DNA of 63,972 nt, filler included, from Pelomyxa schiedti (GCA_020536535.1; 9 parts of 9 records of this genome joined end to end with filler, not necessarily neighbours in it); one strand, 5' to 3'; counted from the first letter of the whole stretch, positions 36,752 through 53,362 are shown. Translations and numbers: made by a program. The notes: generated by a model from the sequence alone, not told the origin.

Positions 36752-38451
36752 TCAGGAAAAAATGGTCTTGTAGTGGGTGAGTAGAAACGTGATGAAGGAG
36801 CAGGCAAGGCCTGTCTCCTGCAGCTGCAATGATACATCCATTGGCCGCAGCAAGTTGGGTCCAAATACTGGCAATCATCAGTGTTGGTTTGAAGTAAACT
36901 AATTAGTGTGGGCAACAACATACCAATGGCAATGTTCTCGGGGGTCATTTTATTTACATCAGAGTGCTCGGTGATTCTTATTAGCAGTTGGAGGATGTAT
37001 TTCAGCACTTGAAATCGTTGTCTTTTTGGGAAATGGTGATGTTCCGTTGGATAAAGCACTCACCTACGGGCTCAAAAATGAGAGTACATGTTTGATCTTT
37101 TGAACTCTCATTTCTTCCTCGGGCAGACCTAGAAATAGTGTTTAAACAGGAAAAAAAAGTAATGCGTGCTTACTGTTAACTGCCAGGAACATGTCATACT
37201 TGAAGGAATGAGAATGCGGAGAATTATACAATTAATAATTGTATTGTATATACCATTTCCATTGTTAGAAGCGGTTCCGGTTGTTCCCGGAAGAAAGCCT
37301 TGAGAAGAGAAGAAACAAGATGCGGGTCCCCAGATGCGGCGAAGTCAAAGGCCTCTCCTTTTGTCAAGAAGGTTATTCAGCGTGCGAAATGGTTGCTAAT
37401 ACCTTTATCAAGTGTATCCTTGGCAGCTTGCATTAACCTCCGGTCAGAAGCAACTCTAAAGCAACCTTCTATCTGCAAATGCAGTTGATTGTCAAAGATG
37501 TGGTGGGTGTTGTGCACAAACTTTCAGCCGACTTTCGTTGGCGTAAAAGTACTCCACAAGTGTCCTGAGAGCATCAGGGATCATTGTCCATTCATCGGTA
37601 TCAGTTACTGCCTGGGTGGTGGTGGCTGGAGGTGTTTCTTTTTCAGGAGCAGGGGAAGGGTGGTTTTCAACTTGTGGCAACTCGGCGGTGTTAGGGACAG
37701 AGTCGCTTTTATTTGAGGGTGTGTCAGTGGGGGTTGGCAGAAGTAAGTCTGCAGCTGTTGATGCCGGAGGGGGAGTAGCCTTTGCTGGGGGCGGGGGAGG
37801 GGGAACAGAGGGTGGAGGATGGTGGGACTGATGTGTGGAAGGTAAGAGTACAGGAGAGACGGGGTGTTGAGTAGTATTGGTTTGGTGTTGTTGGTTAGTT
37901 GGTGATTCAACTGCAGTCGGTGGGGTGCTTTCTGCTGGGATTGATTTACAACTCTCCGCAGTACTTGTATTTGGAGTCGAAACGTGGAGCCTCGGCGTGC
38001 ACTTCAATGTCTCCATTGGCACTCCAAATACTTTTGTGGACTGTTTTTGCTCTGTAGATAGCGGTAAGAATAAATACGCCAACATAAAGGTGGTTAACTT
38101 GATAAAATAAAGATAAAGACCAGATCAGTTACCCTGTGGTTTGTTCTGCTGTGTAGTGCTAGGTTTTTGTTGCTGACGTGCGTTACTGGCACTACTACTG
38201 CCGGTGGTAGTAGTTGTAGATGTCGGCGGCGGCGCCGAAGAGAACGAAAAAAACGACGAGAATGCGGACATCATTGCGCTCAATCCCGACGACGGCTGGG
38301 CGGCCCCGCCACTGCCGCCACCCACCGCCGCCGGTTGCGACGTAGATCTCCCAGTAGTTGACGTCGTCGTAGGAGTAGTAGTAGTAGCCGACTGGCCCCC
38401 CGTCGTAGCCGCTCCTGTTGTCGCAGCCCCAGATCCACCAACACCGCTCAT
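36752..38451 (-). CDS. RhoGAP-domain protein (spliced)
   Basis: VFGVPM..IPDALRTLVEYF, EGCFRVAS (arginine finger), DPHLVSSLLKAFFREQPEPLL, VNKMTPENIAI|VFGPNLLRP. Confidence 0.92.
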
Positions 38452-38717
38452 GTTCGTCTCTTTGTTGCCCAAAGGAAAGATCCAAAGAGTAAAATCGCGG
38501 AAATGCCAGTTCTGGCAACTGGCTGTACAGACCAAAATTCAAGCCTGCAGGGAAGTGGTGTCAGAGTCAAAAGCACTGCGAGTGAGAGGTCTCTTGCTTG
38601 TGCGAATCTTCTGGGTGTGATCAGGGTTCCTGTAAAGGCGAATTTTTTTTTCCCCACCCCTTTTGGTGCTGCGGACACAAGTGCCTGTTCCCTTGTTTTT
38701 TTTTTCCTGGGAGGTAA

Positions 38718-41703
<2,986 letters not shown>

Positions 41704-42013
41704 TAAACAGAATAACAAACAAATTTGTTGCTTTGGGTTGCCGAAACAGTTTTTTGATTACATCAACAGAACAGAAAACTGTGTTCTTTCGGTTTGNNNN
41801 NNNNNNNNNNNNNNNNNNNNNNNNNNNNNNNNNNNNNNNNTTAATTAATTAANNNNNNNNNNNNNNNNNNNNNNNNNNNNNNNNNNNNNNNNNNNNGCAT
41901 CATAGTGCCGATAGAGAAATCCGGCATGGTGGAACCGTGATTGCACCACGAGAGTCATACTGTGGAATCGCGTTCATTTTGGGGGAGATTACCGGCACAG
42001 AAGCGGACATTTC

Positions 42014-43660
42014 CGGCACACTGGCGGCATGCCTCCTGCAACAGGATTAGCGCGGAAATGAACCGGCAATTGTTCTTACAAACGCAGGAATGCTAGATAT
42101 GCAGAATCGAAGCTCGGAAATACAAAGCTATGTAGCCATTAGTACCACTCTATTTATTCATTTCGTTTGTATTTGTCGTTTTATTAATCAGTTAATTCTT
42201 TGGAATTATTGAATTCACTCAATGATTAGAGATTTTCGAAATAGTAATGGTAAACCTTATTTTGAAGAGAGGAATACGTACCTAATGTTTTGGTTGCACT
42301 CTGTCCATGCACACTGATCAGCTACAAGCCACGTACCAATTTCCACTCCCAGTATTGTCATAAAATCGGTTTATGAAGCTTAAATTTTCGAAATAGTCAC
42401 AGTAAACATTGTTTTGAAGTGAGGAATACATACCCAATATTTTGGTTGCACTCTGTCTGTGCACACTGATCAGCTACAAGGCTATGTTTCAATTTCCACT
42501 CTCAGAATTATTACAGAATCGGTTCATCAACCCTAAATGATTTGTCAGTCAATTCGATTTTAAAAATTAAGATTACCTGAATTCATGTTTCCCTTTGGAT
42601 TATGTGACGCATGATCTGAGATATTGTTAGTAACACTGTGTCGACCTTAGGGAAGGGTGCCCTTAGGAACACAGTAGTGGGGCGTGCCTTAATGGAAGCT
42701 TCTTGTGATGTCATAGCTATCATGTAGGATTACCCAGCTGTCTGCATCATCTCATGATGTATGCATAGCCTGCCAGATTTGGAAAACAAGCCAGAACATA
42801 TGAGCCAACATTGATGTAATCTGGAGGGGAACTTCTGGCAAATATGACGCCAAGTCTGCACACAGCATAGGCGCAATGCGCGAGAATGTCACTGCACACA
42901 CAGGAGGCACCTGGAAGCATGGGACATGCGAAAACGCCAGCAAGGNNNNNNNNNNNNNNNNNNNNNNNNNNNNNNNNNNNNNNNNNNNNNNNNNNNNNNN
43001 NNNNNNNNNNNNNNNNNNNNNNNNNNNNNNNNNNNNNNNNNNNNNAGGGGAACTTCTGGCAAATATGACGCCAAGTCTGCACACAGCATAGGCGCAATGC
43101 GCGAGAATGTCACTGCACACACAGGAGGCACCTGGAAGCATGGGACATGCGAAAACGCCAGCAAGGGAACCAAGGCAAGGAAGCCACAATTCACATATGT
43201 TTGCCGGACAAGGCAATTGCTCAGAATTCTATTGCTTTCAAATCGGACCTCTTTCTTTGGAGCCGACAGACAGAATATCTCAGCTGGAAATTCCACATCT
43301 GATAAAAAGTCTGTGAGGCCAAACAAGAAGAAGAAAAAGAAGCAACACAGCAGTGCCACAAGGTGAAAAAGTCCTGGATTGGAGGTAAATATTGGGTGAC
43401 AATTAAGGCAAAAAAAAAACCAGTGGAGCACACACGTTTCTGGGGGACTGGTGTGCACAGTCACCTGTCAGTCTGAATCTGGGAGAGAGACTTCAACATG
43501 CTTTTCAACTGGCACTTTGGCAGCATGCATCTTGCAAAAAGGATTAGCGTGGAAATGATGGACTCCGGTATACGAACGCGGGAATGCCAGATACGAATTT
43601 GAATTCAAAGCATCCCAAAGCTATGTATAACTCTGCTTATTCATTTCGTTTGTATTGATT
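42014..43660. repeat. Diverged ~160-bp direct repeats at about 42014-42175 and about 43510-43660
   Basis: Shared blocks GGCAC..TGGC.GCATGC..C.TGCAA, AGGATTAGCG.GGAAATGA, GGAATGC.AGATA, AAAGCTATGTA, TTATTCATTTCGTTTGTATT. Confidence 0.7.
42233..42525. repeat. Diverged tandem duplication, period about 152 bp
   Basis: Two copies of TTTTCGAAATAGT...TTTTGGTTGCACTCTGTC...GCACACTGATCAGCTACAAG...AATCGGTT. Confidence 0.85.
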
Positions 43661-46593
43661 TATTGTTTTATTGGCTTATACTGGCGTTTCATTAACCACT
43701 TATTGCTGGTTCCACACATAAAATAAGTTGAACAAAAGCGTTGCAATAGTAATAACAGCATAAGCACCGAATTAGTGGAGCCTATGTTTCATTGTGTGGG
43801 AAAGAATGTGCACTCCCAGGGCTTGTGCCATGGTCTCCCCTCGCAGCAGTCATCAATTTATTTACGTTTTGTCAATAACGAAAGATGTAACACCACTGCG
43901 CCCTGCCGCAGCGACACAAAACAAATCCCTACAAAATTTTGTTTTCCGTTTCGGCTCTCGGGCCCACATTCCGAAAAAACAGTTTCGTTCGACACGTAAA
44001 AACGCATCAAAAAAGTTGCCATGTGGTGGTGATGGGGCACAGAAAAGAGAAACAGGGGTTTGTTGTTGTTGTTTTGTTTTTCCTTTAGTTTTTTTTTTTT
44101 TCTTTCCCTCTATTCCTTCCTCTTCGGCTTTGCATGTTGTCCATGTGTTTTTTAGACACTTGCCTTTGGTTTTTATTGTAATTGCTACCAATTTTTACCC
44201 TATTTAGTGTTTTTTGACTTGTTCTCTCATCGCAAATAATAGGTGCCACAACTGCCGAATTGAGCAAACACCAAGGCCAGACTTCAACTCACCTTCATTC
44301 CCGCTTCACTTCCCCCCACGCCTCTCCCTCTATCTCACTCCTGCTCTCCACCACTCTCTTGGTTCCTTCACCACCTACTGCCCGGCAGCATCCCCACTCT
44401 ACTTACAACGTAAAGAGTGCAAAGGCGACATTGGGAGCTACAGAGCGAGGTTTGCTGCAACACAACAATATCGGGAGTGATGACTGGGGATAAGGTGAGG
44501 CTGTGAGCGAGTCAGCAGCGATGTTTTTAGTGAGTCAGCAACATCAGGAACCCTCATGACTGCCAGCTCATTTCCGAAATCATCACCAAGGTCATTGCCT
44601 TCCGTTATAATATAAAGCATTTAAACGCACATAGATCCCAAAAATTGCACTCAGTGGAAGAAAGAGTGGGAGAGGATACTGAGAGAAGCAGCAAGAAAAT
44701 TCCATGGCTTATTTTTTCTTTTCTTTTTTCCACTTTATGTGACCTTGATCAGACTCTGCTTGCTGATATCTGTGCACATTGCGCATTTGCCATGGCTTTG
44801 GCCACCAGCAACGCAAAGTATGATGACGATGATCTGATCTCCACTCACTCACCTTCCCAACCACAAAAAAAAAGGCCAGGTTGTGTGGTGACACTGAACC
44901 AGAAAAAGGGGAAGGAAAGAAAGAGTGTGGGGGGAAGCGGCTTGTGGCGGGGGCTACCGAAACCGCCAGAGATCCGCCAAAAACGAAAAATTTGGATAAG
45001 GAAGGGGACGCTTTCGTGCGCGTACTACTTGTGGTTCACTGTTCCTTCCACTTGCCATCATCCCCTCCTCTCTTCCTCTTCACCTTTTGGAAATTCCCAA
45101 CCCATGGCATTTTTGGGTGCAGACAACAAGGTGAATATTTCCCAACTCACAATTTTATTTATGTTTGCCTCTCACACTCCCTTTCCACACACACATCCAG
45201 GCTTTTTTTTTTATTGTTATTGTCAGTTGCCATGGGGGGTATTTTTTCCCCCCACCTACTCTCAGCCAGCTCAGTGGCTTCTTACAGCACTATCGCTTTG
45301 GGCTTCGGCTTCTCTCAGCCAAGTATCCCCCAAATATGGGTACACTGTATCCTGTTGTGTTCTTCTAATCTGATTTTAGGTGTTGCTCTCTTGTTTTGAA
45401 ATCAATGATCCAACTTCAGCAGTTCTACCTGGGTTCTGCTGGAGCAGCTTCTGCTTCTGCCCATCGGTTGCCAATGATCCAGTTGCAGCTTCTCAAGTGC
45501 CATTGGCTGTTGAGCTGTGTGTTTGGCTTTTCTCTGGTATGTGCAATTGAAAGGAGTATAAATTGGTCTGACTTGTGCATTGGCCAGGGTTGAGAGCGTG
45601 TGCATTACATATGATTGGAAATGATGCCTTGTTCACGCCTCAGTATTCTTGTTTCTGGCTTTCGTAATAACACTACTGCTGGATCGCTCTCACTGCTGAG
45701 CTGAAGGTGCTTGGCAACTGCCAGGTATATTTACTTCCTCAGAGCTTGCCTCGGATTTATTTATTGCAATCAGACGCAAAAGATTGAATGCCTGGTTTTT
45801 GTTTCCGGCTCAGTGGCTATATGTGTAAATATGTTATGTTGCCAGTGGTATGTATTGCTGTGGCGGGTTGCTCTTTATGTTGATGCGGTGGTGCCAATTG
45901 ATGGTCTTTGTGCTCTTCCCAGAACTGTAGTCCTTTTGCCGATGTATCCTGATGTGGATAATGGCTGAAGCTGCCTTGGCACATGAAAGGTGTGACTGTT
46001 GCCCTCACACATTATTTTGATTGATGGAGTCGTAGGCAGTCCTCGTTGTTGCCTTTTGTATCCTTGCTCTTGCCCCACACCAGAGTTTCAAAGTATTGGC
46101 TTGCCCCACATCTCGGTCTGCCCAGATTCCACATCAGATATCATTCCGGCAATTGTACGTCACCTCCACATACTGCTTGATTGACAGCTCTACGTCGTGT
46201 TGTGGTGGGGTGCTGGAGCGCCCAGCCACCTGGTGTGCCTTGGCGCGCATGTGCTGTGACTCACACCAAGGAACAGCCAGGGGGCAGAAAAACGAGGTCG
46301 GGGTAGGGGTGCTTACACTGGTTGTCAGATTGAGTACAAGAAACTAAACTATTCCAGGTTTGTGTGTTCTCAGTGAGATGAAATCTAGCCATGCGGACTC
46401 AATTCCTTCAGCTGTTCAGATGTGCTGAAGAACTACTGGTGCTGATGGAATCAGGGTGATCCTGCACCTCAAAAAGCGATCCCTATCCTCAAGNNNNNNN
46501 NNNNNNNNNNNNNNNNNNNNNNNNNNNNNNNNNNNNNTTAATTAATTAANNNNNNNNNNNNNNNNNNNNNNNNNNNNNNNNNNNNNNNNNNNN

Positions 46594-47348
46594 AAGTGCT
46601 CGGGTTCGTGATGGTTTTACTGTGTGGATGACAGCTTCACCTTGGGCAGAAACCTGGAGTAATTTTAAAGTAGAGTATAGGATAACAAACATACAGTGAA
46701 CTGCAACTGGTGGTCGGTATGGTTTGTAAATGATAGGACTACATGACGTCGCATTGGGTTCCACTTTGCCTTTTCATAAATGAACTGGAATTCCCTCTGT
46801 GCTTCAGTGTCAATAAATGTGCCTCTAATATCTTGGAACGGGTCCACAAGTGCAGCTGTGAGGATAAGGTGCCCCCCCTGAGTTCTCTGTACTGTGAACG
46901 TTGCATCCAATTGCTTCAGAAGGAGATTAGCAAGTCCAAAGGTACATTGATACTACAGCCAAACCCCAACCTCATCATCATGCTTCTCTGGCGCAGCCTG
47001 GTCACGAGCCTCCAGCACTGCAATCTCGTCCAGTATAGACTGCTCCGGGGACTCCCAACCCACACCCCCACTACTCACAGACGTCACTGCTGCTGACGTC
47101 ATTGCGGCACCGTTCTCTGGTCCTGATAGTGGCTCTGCTGTCTCAGCCTCCGGTCTATCATCACCACACTCACCAACACCCTCCCACTGGCCTTTTATGC
47201 CATCCCAAATCATTACCAAATCCTCGTCATCGTCATCGTCATCTCCCACGCCAGACGTCAATGGTGCTGCCGTCGATGGGCGTGAAGTGGAAGTCGATGT
47301 TGTCGCAGTTGTACCTGCCATTGCTCCGTCGTCACTTGTACCACTCAT
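46594..47348 (-). CDS. Hypothetical protein, 5' part (spliced), truncated by the scaffold edge
   Basis: ORFs 46953-47348 and 46665-46910 are separated by a short GT-AG intron. No domain recognised. Confidence 0.5.
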
Positions 47349-48137
47349 GTGTGAAGATCTTTGTTTGTGTGTTGCTTGTGGTTTTTTTTATGCTTGTGGT
47401 GTTGCGACAGAGAGCCGGCAATTTGCTACATTTTTTTTACGTAATGAAACGAAAAGGAAAAATAAAAAACTTTCGTTTCCGAAGCTGTATTCAAACCCAC
47501 TTGTGTAGTACGTCTCGTTGGAGAACGAGGTGGTCCTTTGGAGTGGTGTGTACTTTAGCAAGTACACGAGCTTTAGCTCTATGGACACTATCCAATGCGG
47601 GCTTGATGGAATTACTGGAATAAGGCAGCGACGTCATGTAGTCCTATCATTTACAAACCATACCAACCACCAGTTGCAGTTCACTGTATGTTTGTTATCC
47701 TATACTCTACTTTAAAATTACTCCAGGTTTCTGCCCAAGGTGAAGCTGTCATCCACACAGTAAAACCATCACGAACCCGAGCACTTNNNNNNNNNNNNNN
47801 NNNNNNNNNNNNNNNNNNNNNNNNNNNNNNTTAATTAATTAANNNNNNNNNNNNNNNNNNNNNNNNNNNNNNNNNNNNNNNNNNNNGTTCATCTCTCCAT
47901 TTGCCTGAATCAGGAACACATTTCCTTTTTCTTCTATTTCAGGAAAATCACGAGGGATGGTCTCAACAATGAACACATTTTGGCCTGATTTTTTCTTCAA
48001 AAGAAGAAGAGACTTCACACTGTGGCAGAGAGAGCCATAGACCCGTGTAGAGCCCGGGATGTGGGATTGGATTGGATTGCCAACAGGGAGTGTCATTGCA
48101 GCCCAGATTAAACACCAAAAATCAAGCAAATTGTCGA

Positions 48138-49621
48138 ATGTGGTTTTATCGGCACCCGACCAGCGGCGAGGGCGCAACAGAGCCGGCAACAACTAGCAAC
48201 TGGAGGCAATGGTTCAAAGAGATCACTCTGAGTCGGGGGAATCGAGCCAGGGACCAGTTCGCCGCGTTCCTTTTGGCAACCTCGCAGTCGTCTAGTCGGT
48301 GCGGAATCAACTCACCCGCGAGGGTGTTGGGGCCAGCGCTGGCGAGGCAATTGTGGGACACCTGGGCCATTGGCACCGAGAGGAGAGTCGCCGTCGTGGG
48401 GATGGTCAGCAGGGGAAATTGTGGGTGGACAGTCACCATCAAGTTCGGGGTGTCACACGCCCTTCTTGGTATCACTACTGATGTCCAAATAGTGCGTGAT
48501 ACTGGGTACTGGGTAAGTGGGAATCAGTGTTTGACCCAACAGAGTCCTGGGTTACCTTGGGTGCTTAAGGACCCAACAACTGGGACTGAGAGGAAGCTGG
48601 TGCCGGAGCAGCTGGATTTCACTCAGTCCTTGTGCATGAATGAGAAATGGTGGCTGCAGGTCAGAGACGAAGGCAGCCTGCTCGTCATCACCAATATGCA
48701 GACGCATGATGACCCAGTTCTTGTTCCGATTCCTGATACTTACCATGTTGTTGAGACAATGAGCTTCAACAAGATGGGTTCGTCGCAGGCACTGATTCTG
48801 ATGACCACAGAGAGTGACCGTCAACCAAACACAATGTTGGTTGTTGCTGATGTTGAAGGCACTTTCACAGCGAAAAGTCTGCAGATTGTGAGCTCAACTC
48901 AATGTGCATTTCCCCGACACTATTTCAGGAATAGAAGTGTGAAGTCTCTTCTTTTGAAGAAAAAATCAGGCCAAAATGTGTTCATTGTTGAGACCATCCC
49001 TCGTGATTTTCCTGAAATAGAAGAAAAAGGAAATGTGTTCCTGATTCAGGCAAATGGAGAGATGAACNNNNNNNNNNNNNNNNNNNNNNNNNNNNNNNNN
49101 NNNNNNNNNNNNNNNNNNNNNNNNNNNNNNNNNNNNNNNNNNNNNNNNNNNNNNNNNNNNNNNNNNNTCTTCTTTTGAAGAAAAAATCAGGCCAAAATGT
49201 GTTCATTGTTGAGACCATCCCTCGTGATTTTCCTGAAATAGAAGAAAAAGGAAATGTGTTCCTGATTCAGGCAAATGGAGAGATGAACAAGCTCTTCAGT
49301 GACCAGATCAATGTGGATGGAATGTTTCATCAACAGAGCAGCTCCCTTTTCTCGTATTACCACCACATCCAGAAGAGGCTGGATGTCTGGGACTGCAACG
49401 ACATCGAAGCTTTCAAGCGGCAGACATCACCACCAAGCACATTCAGAGTTTCAAGTGATATCCTTTCAGGGGGTGGGTTGGTCATCTTCGTTGATGCTGG
49501 AAGAATACTTCAAGTTGTTGAAGCAACTTTGGGCATTGTTGTTGCCTCCATTGACATCCTTCAACCTGGATGTAGTCTGCAAGGTCTGTATGTGTACAGG
49601 TCCCGCTCTTTTTTGTGGTGA
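48138..49621 (+). CDS. Intronless lineage-expanded family protein (QFxA..RCG N-terminal motif, beta-rich C-terminus)
   Basis: RARDQFAAFLLA..SRCGINSPARVL, GVSHALLGI, NEKWW, LDVWDCN. The ORF is continuous once the 121-bp gap duplicate is collapsed. Confidence 0.75.
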
Positions 49622-49819
49622 TTGATTGAAAATGCTCTGCCCCTTTTAAATAGGAACTAAAATACCTTCCTTTTTTCATCAAAAACGCCAGACGGCTTTC
49701 GAAAGAGAAGAGAGCAAATGGACGAGGGCCAAAGCACAATGAATAAACGGCAAAAGGTAAAAAAGCAACAACAACCACCACAGCAATCAACGACAACTAA
49801 GTGACACACACAGGGAGTT

Positions 49820-51050
49820 GTGGCCGTTGCGAGCCTTTACTCACAGTTCGTGGCCCTGTGCACGGTCACACACCCAAGGTGCGGTTGTCAATGGAATAGA
49901 ATGCTGCTGATGAGATCCTCGTCTTTATCTGCTGAAAACTTGGGGTTGGTTGTGAGGCTGGTGTGGGGGTGGGTTGTTGGTGGTGGGCCTGTCAGGTTCT
50001 TCAGTGTGAGTGTGTATGGGGGTGTTTTTGCAGCTGTTCAGTCCACTTTGTTCACATTTGGAATGTCAATGCTCACTCTCGGTGTTGTGTCAAAGCACTC
50101 AAGGTGGTGGAAATCGAAGGAAAAACTGAATAGCTGTGTTGAAACCCTTCCTGCAGCAAATCATACATATGTGATTGACAGGACGCTTTATGAGGAGGGG
50201 GAAGGCCTATACTATAGTACGAGGAGTGTTCAATCCCCCAGTGAGAGTAATGGTGGAGTGAGACCAAGCGTCCCCACTGAAGTGTGGTCTGGGTCTTGTT
50301 ACTGTGCTGAGGGTGTGAATCCTAAGTGGCTGGTTATCCGTGATTTTACGATGAATGAATTTGTAGTTGCAAACCTACTCTTGGATCAGGAGAATTCTAC
50401 TAGAGTGCTGCCATCCCCAGCGTTCATCCCTCAGAGAATCTTCATGAATCAGATTAAAGAAGATGAGGCCGTTCTCTTTTCAGTGAACAAGAGAGACCAC
50501 ATGTTCAAAATTGCTATTGTCAATCTTCAGGAAGTCTGGTCTGGAAGAACGTGCAATCCAATCTTTCATGCAGAGTACTGCATTCCATCAAGCATTGCCG
50601 CAACTGACGTTGATTGCCTCCGTATCTCGATGCTGATTCTTCAGGCACACTCGGAACGCTGCTTCATTGTTAAAACTGCAAGCATTCATTTTCACACTTC
50701 ACATAGTGAAGCATCAATTATTCAGTACACTGAGTCTGCAGGCCCACACGAGGTTCGCTCAGCCAACTACCATTCCAGGCCAGCAGCAGGGTGCCTAGCC
50801 CTGACACAGCTGAGTGAGAGGCTCTATTGTGTGACAAGCACTCCAAACACACTCGAGGTATGGGATTGCAACAACCCCACCAATGCCCTCAGGATTGTTG
50901 ACAACCAGTTCTGCTGCAGGATTGTGTATGCCCACTGTGGTCTGCTGTTCCACGTTGGTGGAAATCGAGTCACAGTGACTGATTACTCCTCAGGTTCCAA
51001 GGTTGCCACTCTTCACGTGAACACACTGCGTGAAGGCAACAACCACCCCA
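49820..51050 (+). CDS. Intronless paralog of the same family; start uncertain, 3' end at the scaffold edge
   Basis: SQFVALCTVTHPRCG, GMSMLTLGVV, NPKWL, QLSERLYCV, LEVWDCNNP, GLLFHV. Confidence 0.75.
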
Positions 51051-51340
51051 NNNNNNNNNNNNNNNNNNNNNNNNNNNNNNNNNNNNNNNNNNNNTTAATT
51101 AATTAANNNNNNNNNNNNNNNNNNNNNNNNNNNNNNNNNNNNNNNNNNNNTTAAACGCGTGGCACGCAGGGCAATGCTGTCAACGCCGTTTAGCTTTCCG
51201 CAACTTGGCATTAGATTTAGAATCGCTATTCTAAGCGTCGCTCGATCCAAAGTAGTAGCCGTCAATAACAACTGATCGGTCAAAAAATCCCAAACGCGAG
51301 ATTTGGTTTATTAAAAAATTTTGTTAGAAAATAGAAATAG

Positions 51341-52868
51341 TCAGTGCTGTTGTGGAGGTGTTTGGGTTATGAGGTTTGATGACCATCCAATGAACCTGAT
51401 AAACTTGTTTGGTTGTGTGAGGTCCATGGTAAGTGGGTTCTTCCCCTAAAAATAACAATTAGGAAAGCAGCCAAGGTACTTTGGAATCGTACTGTTGTAA
51501 AATCTCGTAACACAGTGAGTGCTACCAGGAGGTCTTCAATTGATTTATGAATTTGTGTAATAGCATAGACACAACCTTGATTCGAAGGGATGTTACTGTT
51601 TCCACGATAGGTTTTTACATTTTAATACCTGCTAATTGTGTCGGTATTACGTGAACACGGGGACCATATGCAACAAGTAAAGGATTCCAAAGAGTTTGGA
51701 AAGTTTCTTCCGTCATGGCCATGAAGAAAATTAATATTACTGGTCCTGCGGAGTCTTAGAACCAGAAAGAATAAGAACAATAGCTTACGTTGAGTAAATC
51801 TCTCAGGGATCATAGCGATGGTTGCTTCTGGTACTGTAAATGTTTTAGACAGATGTTGAGGTGAGAGCTAAATACATTGCTTGATGTTTCGGCTATCTAC
51901 AAGGGACTGCATTCTTGGGTTCATTGAGAAGGCGATGACCTGGGATTCATTGAAAATTGGTGTATATGCATTTGATGGGACGCGTATGAAGGTGCTGTTG
52001 CAGACATTTACAGATGTTATCGGTTGTATACACATGTCCATATTCGGATATGGTGGGTTGTGGTTAATGATTTGTGTGCAGGTATTTTGTGGAGGCTGCT
52101 CATGGAGTTGTAAGCTCTTAGAGTGTGAGGGGTGTAACTGTGTTGTAGTGTTTGGTTTTGGCTTTTTATGGGTGTTGGTGCTTCTATTGTTGGAGGGAAT
52201 GTGAGTACGTGAGCGTAATGCAACGGGTTCGGAACTACAGGAAGGAATACCAGTGAGGCCATGTACAATCAAAACTACATGAGATCTCAAGTGTTCTCTG
52301 AAAGATGTTAGGAATACCCGGGATATATGTAAACACACCTGCTTGACGTGCAATGCGTCGTTAGCTCAAAAATGAACACCGTAAAATCTCCAGGTAATGC
52401 TGATGCCACTCCAAACGGGTTATCAGGAACGCTAACCGATTTGATTGTCACAGGAGGACTTCCATCGGGGCAACATCGTGAACACTGCGCCACTGCCCCG
52501 CGGTAAAAATACAAAGAAAAGGGGTTGGGGACCTACGATCGAAAGAGCCGTATCTCATCCAGGAACTTCTGGACAAAATGCAGTTTGCTATCTGCGTTGT
52601 AGTCATGCTGCTACTTCTTATCCATTCTGTCAGCACTCGCACTGTCATCTTTTTCAGTTTCAATTAGGAAAAGAAAAAAAGTGGGGCGGTATAAGCTTAG
52701 CATCGTGCATGAACACACCTTGTACTGTCTGAATTTGTACATGACAGGAGATTCTATTTGAATGACCACGGGGTCGGAGTAATCACAATGTTTACTACTA
52801 GTACCGGTGCATGGTTGACCACCACTCCCAATAGCAACCCACTCTCCAACACCCCCACAGATATTCAT
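51341..52868 (-). CDS. Distant fourth paralog of the uncharacterised two-domain family
   Basis: ESPVMYKFRQYK, EWIRSSSMTTTQIANCILSRSSWMRYG, CSRC, HCTSSR, EHLRSHVVL, QSLVDSRNIKQ, FTVPEATIAMIPE, GKNPLTMDLTQPNKFIRFIGW, in the same order as copies 1-3. Confidence 0.72.
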
Positions 52869-53362
52869 TCGGGAATTCCCCCAAAACAAATAACAACACC
52901 CTCTATCCCCTCCAATTACCAGTGACTATTCACAAATATGTCCAAATACTGGCTATTATGTTTCGGTTCTTGGTTTTTGAACGGCAAGCTGAAACTGACT
53001 GAATTGGGTATTTACACCCACAATTGGGTCTCGACGACGGCGAGCGCGACGATTAGTACTACGAGTACTACGGTAGGATTGCACCGGTGATGGTGCAAAC
53101 TGTGGTTAGTTTGATTTGATTGTGATTTCTTTGACTTTGGCGACACCTCGAACCTTCGGCTTACCTGATTTGGAAACAAAAGGACAGAAAAAGACCAAGC
53201 GTCGTTCTTGAAATGTGAGTTGTCTTTTTTCGTTTTCATTTTTGGGCTGGACCACACGGAACAAAAGGTCCGGGACAGCCAAAAATGAAAACGAAGAGCC
53301 TATGTGTTTGTTGTACTGTTTGGTGCTGGATTCTGGTGGATTGTGAGGAAATTTTGCACCGT

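Noticed and set aside
42825-43166. Direct repeat around a gap
   Set aside because: Exactly 121 bp and identical; k-mer overlap.
46594-47786. Scaffold with ~159-bp terminal inverted repeats, resembling a linear element or transposon
   Set aside because: The left arm is the continuation of an ordinary spliced gene, and the only mismatch falls at base 122, consistent with k=121 merging. Best explained as an amplification inversion chimera.
47887-48020. Inverted copy of 48937-49067 upstream of its own gene, resembling an invertible or template cassette
   Set aside because: It is the same 121-mer that is duplicated at the 49068 gap and it sits at a scaffold edge; chimera or assembly artefact.
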